Part shown: piece after piece, positions 53,823 to 63,607 of the stretch
How the letters are laid out: the number at the start of each line of letters is the position of its first letter
Numbering within the stretch: position 1 is the stretch's first letter
Source: Candidatus Fermentibacterota bacterium
GTDB lineage: Bacteria; Fermentibacterota; Fermentibacteria; Fermentibacterales; JCC-6
NCBI GenBank assembly: GCA_963845085.1
Contig: CAWJQI010000001.1
Coordinates: forward strand, 384,001 to 448,000
Length of the DNA: 64,000 bases
Direction: 5' to 3'
The notes under the pieces: model-generated
Told to the model about the DNA's origin: nothing
What the model saw: only the letters and a program-made list of their open reading frames with translations
Databases searched by the model: none
Translations under genes and position numbers: made by a program

Positions 53823-55050
53823 TGGGCTCCAGAGACGAGACTGCCTCCTCCACCTCTTCCCTGCCAATATCCGCCAAGGAAGCGATCTCGACAATTCTTC
53901 CGGTGGTCACCAACCCCCTTCGATAGGCTTCCAGTGCCAGGCCCATAAGCCTGTCCCTGAAACTTGATCCCTGGTCTTCCCTGCAGATGGAAGGTGACCG
54001 GAACATCCCATTGAAACTCTTCAAACCGCCATTTCTGAGACTACTGAGAAAGCCGTCCCTTTCCTTTTCCGAAAGAAGACGGATGTTGGCCAACCTGTAC
54101 ACAGCAGTTTCGGGGCTTACCCCGAAATGATCCGCGAGCAGAAGGATATCGTAGAGCTGAATGCTCTGCTCCACGGCAATGTTGCGTTCGTTTGCAGAAA
54201 CCTCGGAATGCTCATTAAAGGAAGAGTACTCCACCCGGGAAGGCTTCCCCTTGCCACAGGCATGAATGAAACGCATGAAGCCTTCTTCAGGCGCGAGAAA
54301 CGCTGCAGCAAATGAATTGGCTCTGACCTCACGCAACGCATCAGCATCGGAATTCTGGCTGATGACCACCCTGGAATCGTGCCTGAGATCAAGAAGAACA
54401 TGGGCGAATTCATCGCCAGGGAAAACCTTTGTCTTGCCGGAGAGTGGCTGGAATTGACAAAAACATGGAACCCGTTGTCTTGCATGATGGAGATACCCGA
54501 TATCTCCGCAGAGAGGGGTACGAGGCTCGCGCATACACCACTATCAGACAGAACGTTGACGACATTCTCTATCGGAGCGTAGCCAAGCCCAAGTCTCTGC
54601 CGTTCCTGAGCAGCAATCCTCTCCCCTTGCCGAATTGACTCTATCTTGGAGAAAGGGGTCTGCATCCTGTAGCATGGCATTGATTCGGATGCCCGGGGGA
54701 ACCGCAAGCTTCTCCTCCAACCAGGAGACTTCCTGGCCGATCCTGACGCACTTCCGAACACAGTCCTGAGCTTCTTCATTCTCCTGAAGACCCGGATCGG
54801 CCCTGAGTAGCATAACTGTTGGGTCAATACCTTCGGGACTCGCCAAAAGAGATTCCAAACCGCACCCCAACCGGTATGCCATGTTCTCGAGCACCGCGAT
54901 TCCGGGATTCCTCATACCCGACTCGTACGAAGCCAGAGCGGATCGGGACACACCAAGCCATCTGGCCAGAGTTTCCTGGGAGAGACCCTGTCTCTCCCGG
55001 AAGCCCCTCAGCCTTTGCGCAAGACTTTCTTCAGTCAACGTATCCTCCAA
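53815..55050 (-). CDS. Xre-HTH + ImmA/IrrE metallopeptidase protein, frameshifted
   Basis: LRGFRERQGLSQETLA..VSRS.LASYESG HTH; RQRFSLA(H)EFAH (one base missing) and E.RAN.FAAAFL.P. Confidence 0.85.
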
Positions 55051-55481
55051 TCACTTGCCCAGTAAAGGCAGGCTGGCTGGAGTGAGTCCATCCAAAACCT
55101 GGTGTGATAGAAAGCCGAAGAGAAAGGCCACTAGAAGACAGAGAAGAACAAACATAACTCCCTTCCTGTATTCCTCCTCCTCTCGCGAGCTGTAGAAACG
55201 GGTTTCAGTCTCGCTTTCGGCAATGCTTCGGATGCCATGCAGGCACTCCGAGACCATCACAGAAGCCCCAGTTCCTGCCGCAACGGAATGCCAGATACTG
55301 CGATGGTTTGGGCAATTGGCAGGTTCCAGTTTATCGGGTACAGCGGAACCGAGAGCAGAGGCCGCCAGCATCCCCACTTCCAGTACTGGATTGAGTGCTC
55401 GGCCAACTGCCTTCCTGCAGGCCAGTACCGCCGGAAATCCAAATAAACGCCTGCAGTGGTATGAACAACTTTTCCTGGCAT
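55051..55481 (-). CDS. Metal-dependent membrane hydrolase (YdjM/DUF457-like), frameshifted
   Basis: MPGKVVH start after AAAGGAGGTGA; S.VPD, HRSIWHS, SHQVLD.LTP..LPL motifs. Confidence 0.75.
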
Positions 55482-55506
55482 GTTTCACCTCCTTTCCTCC
55501 GAGAGG

Positions 55507-55535
55507 ATCATACAGCATGTGTCATAGTTTGTCAA
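55507..55535 (-). promoter_or_regulatory. Near-consensus sigma70 promoter
   Basis: TTGACA (55535-55530), 17 bp spacer, TATGAT (55512-55507). Confidence 0.75.
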
Positions 55536-55844
55536 TTCTTGCCATTCCCGGTCATACCTTTCACGAGCAAGCCACTGAAGGACTATGCTCGTGACGGCAA
55601 ACCCGATTTAGAATGAATTTTCAGTTGGTTTGTCTGAGAAAGGATGTCTGACTTTACCCGTTACATTCCATGGCAAATCCTGATTCCAAGCTGTTTCGTA
55701 CACTGGAACCTTGAAGTGGCGCCATTTTCGATACAGTTCGTTGGTCAGTTTTTACCAGACTCAGGCTGCTTCATGGTTTCCGATTTGCCAGCTTGAGTAT
55801 ATGCTTCTGTCTCCAAGAAATCAGAAACTTCTCTCTATACTGAA

Positions 55845-55925
55845 TCAGCCCAGTTATCTGCGTGCCCCTTCCATGTCCCTGAAACTCTTCAGGCAAACCT
55901 CCTCTCGTACTGCACCGTCCGATGT
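55845..55925 (-). mobile_element. Tiny degraded remnant resembling an IS3-family transposase C-terminus
   Basis: Reads RTVQYE/EEVCLKSFRDMEGARR*LG*F, similar to the IS3 R-T-V-K-Y-E-E-V-Y-L motif. Confidence 0.35.
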
Positions 55926-56052
55926 CTGCAAAGGGGTGCCAATTCAGGTCGGGAAGGTTGGTCTCATCTTCGGATGATGCTGCAATTGGCATTCATCCCT
56001 CAAGATGTGCTCGTCAGCAGCACTCACAACTCAGAAGCCGGAACTAGGGATC

Positions 56053-57124
56053 TCACGGAACCTCGTACAAAAGAACCTGCACAAACTCCGCTGAAGGGTC
56101 GAAGGTGAACCCCGCCATGCCCCAAGGGCTGATTCGGATGTCCAGGTATCTGCCATTCACAGGAGTTCCGTCAATCCTGACGTAAGTGATGAGATTGCCA
56201 TTCTGATCGTAAACACGAAAAAGGGGCGGATCGGATCCACCTACTCTGGCCCAGATCAGGGAGTTCCTGTCGATGCCCAGGGAAGTCACCGTAAGCCAGG
56301 ACTCCTGCGGGGTGTAGGTAATGCTCATACCCAACCGGTTGGCAAAGCTGGTGTAGTATTCCTGTTCCCTGTTGGTGTCCTCTTCAGTCAACTCTGCCAG
56401 GGGGAATTCATCCTCGATCAAATCAAGAAGCTCCCCTTCAGGTGAGCACTTCAGGATTCTGAGTTGTGATTCCGTCGACTCCGAAATGTAGACATTACCT
56501 TGAGCGTCAACGGTTGCAACAGGTTCCTCAGTACACATTCGATAAAGCTGCCTTCGGAGTGGTCAATCCTGCTGGAGTCACTCCAGAACACCACTGGAAG
56601 GGGGTTACCCGCATTGTACAACCCGTATTGTGCGGTGCGAACCGGAACCTGCCCTGCGATGAAGGCCCAACTCCTGATAGCTGTGAAAGTGCTATCGCGG
56701 TTGCCAAGCATCTTATGCAGCATCGGTCGGGTGTAACTGTCGTTGAGTCCCAGCCACTCGGCGCTTTCAGCGTTGAATGTGTTCAATCCCCTCGCGTCAG
56801 AAACAAACAGAAGTTCAGACTGGGTAAGTGCAACACCGCAGGGCTCGCTGAATTCACCCGGACCTTCGCCTTTCTTCCCATAGCACATCATCAACTCACC
56901 GGAACTTGAAAACCTTCTAACTTCAGCCCGCAAAGGATCCACAACGAAGACCGATCCGTCAGGTCCATGACAGATATCTCTAACACTCGCGAACCCGTAA
57001 TCACTGTAGAAATTCTCGTCGCCTATACCACCTGGTGAGCTATGACGAGAGTATCAGGTTGCTCATCAGTCACATAACTCTCCGGTTGATTCGCACACGA
57101 GGTAATGAGAAAAACAACCGTCAT
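56053..57124 (-). CDS. Six-bladed beta-propeller/NHL-like lipoprotein C (frameshifted)
   Basis: Lipobox-like FLITSC, DGSVFVVD, YGKKGEGPGEFSEP, VDAQGNVYI, VYDQNGN; pieces in three frames. Confidence 0.75.
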
Positions 57125-57287
57125 TGCGAAACAGCTCTCAGTTTCGAACCAACCACGCAATGCTGGGGAGATGGCATGGGCAAACCTCCACTGGTGCTGC
57201 CACCCTTCATAATACTTTCTACTACTTGTTCGCCAGCGATCTGAAACTGGGCTGCACAGGAAGAGTTACTGGGAATCTCTTCAAGAC

Positions 57288-57945
57288 TTATTCTCCACCC
57301 GTCACACCCTTATCCCTGAAATAAGCAGCCAGCCTTTGCCAAAGCCGTGAATGCACCTTCGGTCTGTTTCTTGTTATCTCGAACCATGCGGCATCAGGGT
57401 ACCGGGCGTACAACGCCTGATCTTTCTCAGAAGATGGTGACCGGTCCGCTTCCCTGATTCGATTTTCTGGATGGTGAACGGTGAGAAGTCAAAAGACTAA
57501 CCCGAACTCCCGAAGTGAAAGACCCAGGTCTTGTACGGAACTCCCTTGCCTCTTCTGCACCGAAGTTCTCCATTGCAGCCGGCCTCGAATACAAGGCAGG
57601 ATGGTCCACGCCTGCCCGATGGTTGTCAGTAGTACGAATGGATCAATCTCATAAGGACTTATCCCGGAAGCAGCGCAGTACTCCGGATAGGCAGGGTTTT
57701 CCCTTGAAGGGATCCTGTCCTCTAAAGGAGGGAAAGAGCTGTTCCAAGAAGAAGCTCTTCCGGGCGAGGGGAAGTTCCGGTCCGACAGACACTGCGTCCG
57801 GTTGCCTGAGGTAAGCGTCTTCGTATGTAAACAGGAAACCTTTCTTCCCGTCAGGATCTGTGTGCTGTTCAAGCCTGCCGGCATAGTCACGCGTCCTTCT
57901 GCCTTCCGCAAAAACATCAACGCCGGGCATTTCACGGTCGCGCAT
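57288..57945 (-). CDS. HipA N-terminal (HipS-like) domain fused to C-terminal Xre HTH, frameshifted
   Basis: AGRL..F.F.Y..YL..SVGPELPL..LFPSF/EDRIP then LGLSLREFGLVFDFSPFTIQKIESG. Confidence 0.75.
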
Positions 57946-58851
57946 TATTCAGCTCCTCCGCTCTCTTCATGATAAGCCTCTGGATCGATTTTGCTCGTTC
58001 TTCTGAAAGGAATTTCCAGCCAGTAAGCGTCATGAACCTGTCCACATCAACCCGTCGCTTGAACTCCTCTACCACGGAAGCAAAACCAAGCCTTCCGAAT
58101 TCCACGACATAGTCATTCATCTCCGGATCGGGGTTTGCGTTGGTGGCAATCCTCCCCCTCGGGCTGTGATCAGCCCGAAGGAAAGCAGCGTCCTCAATCC
58201 CGAGGTAGGAAGGATTGTCATAGAAGGGTGCCAGAGTGTACTGCCCACCCTTTTCGATAAAGCCCAGGTTCCTGCCGTGTCTGTCGTGGTTGCCTATCAG
58301 AGAATCGAAGAGGCACAGTTTGATGAAGCGCTCTATTTCAAATAGCCTGCCGGTTTTCTCGCCAATCACGCCAATCAGCGTCTCGCAATCGAATGAACCG
58401 CCCACGATGAAGTGGTGGATGTGTTGCAGCGATTCTTTCCTTCCCGTCGAATGAAGTTCCTCACCGCCAGCGCTGACACGCCGTTGAACCGGATCAGAAC
58501 GAAGTGAGGTATTCTGATCCCAAGAGAGTGCGCGATCTGGTTGCAGAGGTGCTCGGTGGCGGGAAGCTCGGGATACTCCTTCTCCTCAACCTTCAGAATG
58601 AAAGAAACGCCTTCCAGCCTGGCATCGTACTTCCTGAACTTGCCCTGAAGAAAGCTCGACACGACATCAGCGTCATTAACCGGCCGGCCGACTGAGCTCG
58701 TCCTGCGTCCGTTTGCTTACGTGCCAGGCCCGTGTAATTCGGCAAGCCCATCCACACCAAATGATTCCCGAAAACAGGCCGGATGCAGGCCGTAGTGTTC
58801 TTCCTGCCCTGCCTGCATCTCTTCACCGCAGTGAAAGCATCGCATTCTCAT
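57932..58851 (-). CDS. HipA-like kinase with N-terminal CxxC/HxxC, frameshifted
   Basis: MRMRCFHC..LHPACF, S.LQGKF.K, ILK..YPELPATEHLC, LIGNHDRHGRN, LAPFYD. Confidence 0.85.
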
Positions 58852-58868
58852 GGCTCCCTTCACAAAGG

Positions 58869-58897
58869 AATATTGAAGGAGTCAATACTGTTGTCAA
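58869..58897 (-). promoter_or_regulatory. Promoter with embedded inverted repeat upstream of the HipA-like gene
   Basis: TTGACA (58897-58892), 17 bp spacer, AATATT (58874-58869); TATTGA-N5-TCAATA palindrome at 58871-58887. Confidence 0.6.
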
Positions 58898-59047
58898 GAT
58901 AGCACAACAAATGCCTGTTGCATTATTGCTACACTAATGCGGGAAGAAACCTGGTTGCGTCTGCTTCAAGGGCCTGCTGAGAATGGCCGCTCAGTGATGT
59001 GTTTGCCTGATGGGGTGGCTTCCGGGTACGGTTCCCCCGCAGCCGCT

Positions 59048-59419
59048 CTACCCCTCCACCGGCCTGACCATCCCCACCTTCAAACCAAGCTTCCCGACTA
59101 TGGGAAGGGGTTTCACCTTTCCACCGGATGCGTTCACGAGCCCATTGATGAACAGGGTCAGAAGAGGGATGCCGATGAACAGGCAATAGATAATCATGAA
59201 GATCAGTCCGATCAGCGGGATGAAGGAGAGAATCCAGAGGAAACCGGAAAGCATCCATGCCAGCATGATCACAAGGCTCTGCTGGGCGTGGTAGAGGACG
59301 TATTTGTTATCCTTGCTCGTAAGGTAGGCGACAAGGAAGCCCGGTAACCCGAAATAGGCCACCGTTGCCATGGCCTTGCCCTCCTCGATCTCCGCGGAAG
59401 TAATTCCAAAATCGTTCAT
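59048..59419 (-). CDS. DUF4870-like small membrane protein
   Basis: K.MA..AY, YVLYHAQQSL, GLVNA..GK.KPLPIVG; GGAGG RBS. Confidence 0.8.
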   Translation of the reverse strand: MNDFGITSAEIEEGKAMATVAYFGLPGFLVAYLTSKDNKYVLYHAQQSLVIMLAWMLSGFLWILSFIPLIGLIFMIIYCLFIGIPLLTLFINGLVNASGGKVKPLPIVGKLGLKVGMVRPVEG

Positions 59420-59444
59420 AGGTTTCCTCCAGTGAGATATTCCT

Positions 59445-59912
59445 TCAGGGCGACCACTCGCTGAACCTGATCTCCGTTACCATTCCGGCTTCATCAAGCA
59501 TCAGAGTCAGGCGGCACCCAGCTCCGGATTCGGTTACGACCTCGCGGACGATTGCCTGCCCGTCCCGCGAAACAAGTTCCGGCATCTGCCCGCAGGAAAG
59601 CACTAATCCATAGTCCAGGGCTTCTTCCTCTGAGACGGGATGGCCGGGAACGATCGAAGTGACAATTCCTTCAGTGCCGAAGCCCTGTCTTGTCAGAACA
59701 GCATCTGCGAACTGATATCGTTTGATGTAGTAATCCCATGGCTCGATGCCGAAAGCTTCGGAAGCCTCTCCCCAGGTCGGGATCAGAGCGTAGTTTTCCT
59801 GCGAGAAGTCGACGTTCCTGAATGAGGTTTCGTCAGCCAGTTCGATGACATCCTGCGCAATGCAGGTGCCAGACAAGTGCAGCAGCAGTATACCAAGAAG
59901 CAGCCGTCTCAT
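59445..59912 (-). CDS. Hypothetical secreted protein
   Basis: Signal peptide MRRLLLGILLLHLSGTCIAQ and acidic mature region. Confidence 0.65.
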   Translation of the reverse strand: MRRLLLGILLLHLSGTCIAQDVIELADETSFRNVDFSQENYALIPTWGEASEAFGIEPWDYYIKRYQFADAVLTRQGFGTEGIVTSIVPGHPVSEEEALDYGLVLSCGQMPELVSRDGQAIVREVVTESGAGCRLTLMLDEAGMVTEIRFSEWSP

Positions 59913-60013
59913 GAGCCCCCCCATTGCCTTGCATTCCCGTCAACCTGCCCGGATCGAGGCGCAGCATACGCGGGAACAGCCTCAAGGTCAACGAGCAGGG
60001 GTGCCGCCGGTTC

Positions 60014-61150
60014 TTACCTGAGGAGATAGAGTTTCTGAAAGCCCTCTTCAGGGTCCAGTTCCCACGCGAGTATCCCGTTGGGTGTGATCTCGGTAGCCCA
60101 GCTCCAGCTGTCCTTTGGAAAAACGGCCTGACGAAGCGGGTTCCCATCGAGGTCGTAGATGTCGAAAAAGATGTCGGTACGGGTTCCCCGCCTTACCCAC
60201 AGGTTCCGGTCCGGTCCGACCCCGACATCGCTTATCATGTTCCTGTGCTGACAGGGATGAAAGTCAAAGCCCAGGGGCCTGCCACTGAGGCTCTGGTAAG
60301 AATAACTCGCAAAAATGCTCTCACGCTCTATCTCTTCACCGGTTTTCTCCACCGGAGCGATACTGCGCGTGATGTTGAGCACCTCCGCACCGGTTGAATC
60401 CCACCCCATGACCCGGTATTCAAACGGATCGATGGGAGCGAAGTAGACAACTCCTTCCCCATCTCCGCCGGTGATCGGCAACTCAAGGCATTCATATCGG
60501 AACCATGCGCTTGGATTGTCATTGTAGTCGGCTTCCGTCATCCTCAGGGAGTCCTTCCAGAGAAGGATCTCCCACTCCCTTTCACCCCAGGCATGCATGC
60601 CGATCGTATGGCGGATGAAGTCGTTGTTCTGATCACCGTCACACCTGCACACAGAAAGCCATGAATTCGTAATGGGAGTGATGTGGTAGGGGGCGTTTTC
60701 TATCCACAGCCCTAATTCTTCCACGAATTCGAGTGAATCATCGAAGACGATGTAGCCCATCTTGTCAATCGAATTGATGCAGACCCGTCCATCCGGCATT
60801 ATGAACAATCCAGTGACATGGTTTGATTCCCCTGGTCCGCTTCCTCGGCGGGAAACCTGCCTGATATAGTTGCCCTCAAGGTCGAAGACCTTAAGACAGG
60901 CGGCGATCTCATCAAGAACAAATATCCTTCCCTGATCGTCGATACTCGCATCGATGATCGACCCGAAAATTGATGTTGAGTCGCCCAGCTCCCGACCAAT
61001 TTCAAGGGCACATTCGAGGGTGTCAACAGGAAGCGCAGCCTGATATTCATTTGTTTCTACGGGATGGTTCCCTCCGCTGCATCCTGCCGCGAGCGCAATG
61101 CAGCAGGCGAGGACGGCTGAAATGCGTACCGTGGCAGTACCTGTTCCCAA
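60014..61150 (-). CDS. Six-bladed beta-propeller lipoprotein B
   Basis: Lipobox LAAGC, IDDQGRIFVLD, FDLEGNYIRQVSRRGSGPGE; paralog of 62159-63331; start assumed at TTG 61150. Confidence 0.85.
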   Translation of the reverse strand: MGTGTATVRISAVLACCIALAAGCSGGNHPVETNEYQAALPVDTLECALEIGRELGDSTSIFGSIIDASIDDQGRIFVLDEIAACLKVFDLEGNYIRQVSRRGSGPGESNHVTGLFIMPDGRVCINSIDKMGYIVFDDSLEFVEELGLWIENAPYHITPITNSWLSVCRCDGDQNNDFIRHTIGMHAWGEREWEILLWKDSLRMTEADYNDNPSAWFRYECLELPITGGDGEGVVYFAPIDPFEYRVMGWDSTGAEVLNITRSIAPVEKTGEEIERESIFASYSYQSLSGRPLGFDFHPCQHRNMISDVGVGPDRNLWVRRGTRTDIFFDIYDLDGNPLRQAVFPKDSWSWATEITPNGILAWELDPEEGFQKLYLLR

Positions 61151-61191
61151 TCGGTTCCTGGGGTTTTCGCTGCTGCGCTCAGGGCGAACAA

Positions 61192-61371
61192 TCAATCCAT
61201 CTCTCCCATCATGCACTGGGGAGACGGCATTGCCCCGCCGGGCCAGCACATGATGTAGTCTTCCCCACCGCTGATGCAATTGCTTTTTGGAATCACTCCA
61301 TTCTTGCAGTCCTTGATACCTCTGCCTGTACTGCCGATTTCGACAAGCTCAGGGTTGCTCCACTCCATCAT
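61192..61371 (-). CDS. Putative RiPP precursor P1 (ScmA-like, four CxxG motifs)
   Basis: MMEWSNPELVEIG leader; core CKNG, CISG, CWPG, CMMG; RBS AAAGGTGA. Confidence 0.8.
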   Translation of the reverse strand: MMEWSNPELVEIGSTGRGIKDCKNGVIPKSNCISGGEDYIMCWPGGAMPSPQCMMGEMD

Positions 61372-61567
61372 CTTCACCTTTCGTTAAGAAGTTCCTGGAT
61401 TTCTGGAATCATCAGCATTGCTGAAACAACCAAGGAATTGTTTACTCGCCAATGTCTTGGAGAAACCAGCCGTATCAGACTGGCATTTGGCTTGGCGCCT
61501 CAACTTAACGGGCGCACACCCCGAACATCCGATGGAAAACCGAACTGCTTCTTGCTGCATCTGATGG

Positions 61568-62122
61568 TCATCCACCTTCTTTCCCGGAGTTTCCCGGCAT
61601 TCTAAAACCGATGGGATCGCATTTCTTCGGCTTCGGTGACTCAATAAGGCTTTTAATGCCTTCCACCATGCCGACCAGAATGGAGTCGTGCTGTATGACC
61701 CGCTCTTCGAGTTTTTCAAGCCTGCGAGAGAGAACCTCATTGGAGAATACCAGTTCCCTCAACTTCACGAACACCCTAATTATGAACACACTCATCCTGG
61801 CGGCTTGTTCCGAGTTCAGAACATTTGCTGCCTGAAGGGCTCCGTGCTCGGTAAAAACCAGAGGGAGCTTTCTCCTTCCTCCCCAGCTCGATCTTGTTGT
61901 CGCATTTTGCGACATCAAGATCATGTGCTCTTCCCCTGTCAACTGAAACATGAAATCTTCAGGAAACTTGGAAATGTTTCTTCGTACCTGTTCATTCAAC
62001 CGTCTCGTCTCCACACCGTACAGCTTGGCAAGATCAGAATCAGAAATTACACTGACGCCGCGGACATTGATGATGCTCAATGCAATCTTCCGCTCAACGA
62101 GGGCATCAGATTCTTCGGACAA
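61568..62122 (-). CDS. ORF6N-domain DNA-binding protein
   Basis: VRGVSVISDSDLAKLYGVETRRLNEQVRRN..FPEDFMFQLT, FTEHGA, IIRVFVKLRE, PIGF. Confidence 0.9.
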   Translation of the reverse strand: MSEESDALVERKIALSIINVRGVSVISDSDLAKLYGVETRRLNEQVRRNISKFPEDFMFQLTGEEHMILMSQNATTRSSWGGRRKLPLVFTEHGALQAANVLNSEQAARMSVFIIRVFVKLRELVFSNEVLSRRLEKLEERVIQHDSILVGMVEGIKSLIESPKPKKCDPIGFRMPGNSGKEGG

Positions 62123-62158
62123 TTCTGTTGAGGTTCCCTTCGTTCATCTTGATGACAA

Positions 62159-63331
62159 TCACCTGATCAGGAAAAGTTTCTGATAGCCCTCTTCAGGGTC
62201 CAGCTCCCACGCGAGTATCCCGTGAGGGGTGATCTCGGTAGCCCAGACCCAGCTGTCCTTCGGAAATACGGCCTGACGAAGCGGGTTGCCCTCGAGGTCG
62301 TAGATGTCGAAAAAGAGATCGGTGCGAGTTCCCCGCCTTACCCACAGGTTCCGGTCCGGTCCGATCCCGACATCGCTGATCATGTTCTTATAGGGAGACG
62401 GATGGAACTCGAACATCAGGGGCCTCCCGCCCCTCAGTGGAAAGTAGTCGTTCACGTACGAGATCTCGTACTCGATCTCCGAGTCTGTCTTCAGAACGGG
62501 TGCAATGCTCCTGGTGAAGTTGAGGATCTCAGTGCCTGTCGAGTCCCAGCCGATCACCCTGTACTCAAAGGGGTCAACGGGTGCAAAAAACGTTCGCCCT
62601 GCTCCATCGCCTCCGGGAGCGTACAATTCGAACCAGCAGAAAACATAGAATTCCGATGGATCTCTGTTGAATTCGGCATCACTAATCTCCAGGGAGTCCT
62701 TCCAGAGAAGCTCGGTCATCTCGGCCTCGCCCCATCGGTAGATGCCCACAGTATGTCGCGTGACATCAGGAGTCGGGCTTCCATCATACCTGCAGGCAAG
62801 AATCCTGTCGTTCGAAATCGGGGTGACATGATAGGGCGGGTTTTCACACCAGAGCCGGACTTCCTCAAGCAGTTCGAGTGAATCGTCAAACATGACGTAA
62901 CCCCATTTGTTTGCCTCTGTGACGGCAATCCTGCCATCGGGCATGATGAAGAGTCCCTGGGGACACATAAGTTCACCCGGTCCGTCTCCGCGCCTGGACA
63001 GCTGCTGCAGGTAGTTTCCCTGCAGGTCGTACACTTTAATGCAGGCGGCTATCTCGTCCAGCACGAAAATGCGTCCCAGGTCGTCAATTCCGGCGGCGCG
63101 AATTGAGCCGAAGATCTCTGTGGAGTCGCCGATCTCCTGACCAATCTCGATAACTGCTTGAAGTGTATCGATTTGAGCGGCGATGTCGTCATCCAGACCC
63201 TTCCCGGGATCATCGGAACCACAGCCTGAAAGCGAGCAGAAAGCCAGAAAGCCGTTCAGGATATGACTAAGGGTACGGGCTGCCCCGGGAAGGCAACATG
63301 CTTGGGTGACACAAATCTGTTTCAAGGCCAT
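62159..63331 (-). CDS. Six-bladed beta-propeller lipoprotein A
   Basis: AGGAG RBS, lipobox LSGC, IDDLGRIFVLD, SRRGDGPGELMCP; paralog of 60014-61150. Confidence 0.85.
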   Translation of the reverse strand: MALKQICVTQACCLPGAARTLSHILNGFLAFCSLSGCGSDDPGKGLDDDIAAQIDTLQAVIEIGQEIGDSTEIFGSIRAAGIDDLGRIFVLDEIAACIKVYDLQGNYLQQLSRRGDGPGELMCPQGLFIMPDGRIAVTEANKWGYVMFDDSLELLEEVRLWCENPPYHVTPISNDRILACRYDGSPTPDVTRHTVGIYRWGEAEMTELLWKDSLEISDAEFNRDPSEFYVFCWFELYAPGGDGAGRTFFAPVDPFEYRVIGWDSTGTEILNFTRSIAPVLKTDSEIEYEISYVNDYFPLRGGRPLMFEFHPSPYKNMISDVGIGPDRNLWVRRGTRTDLFFDIYDLEGNPLRQAVFPKDSWVWATEITPHGILAWELDPEEGYQKLFLIR

Positions 63332-63363
63332 ACTCCTGCGTTCTTTAGCAGGTTGTTTCCAGG

Positions 63364-63548
63364 CTACCAGATACTGCTTCCCGGAGTGCAGACCGGGAAG
63401 GCAATGGCTTCGCCACCCCAGCATTCCACATAGAAGAGTGTTCCTCCGCCGACGCAATCATTTCTTCGGAGCGTTTCCATTTACACATGTTTTCTTGAGC
63501 CCTATTCTCCCCATCCAGGGTGATCAGTTCAGGGTTGGTCCAATCCAT
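63364..63548 (-). CDS. Putative RiPP precursor P2 (ScmA-like, four CxxG motifs), split by two apparent indels
   Basis: Frame 1 MDWTNPELITLDGEN, frame 2 GLKKTCVNGNAPK, frame 3 NDCVGGGTLFYVECWGGEAIAFPVCTPGSSIW*; RBS AAAGGAG. Confidence 0.75.
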
Positions 63549-63607
63549 GAAGACATCTCCTTTCCTTATTGCAGCAGCTTTAAATGCTTCCAAACGGGCG
63601 GCCAGCA

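Noticed and set aside
60014..62390. Near-identical 3' ends of lipoproteins A and B as a possible DGR template/variable repeat pair
   Set aside because: Both copies are coding ends of full paralogous genes, the mismatches are not adenine-specific, and no reverse transcriptase is in the window
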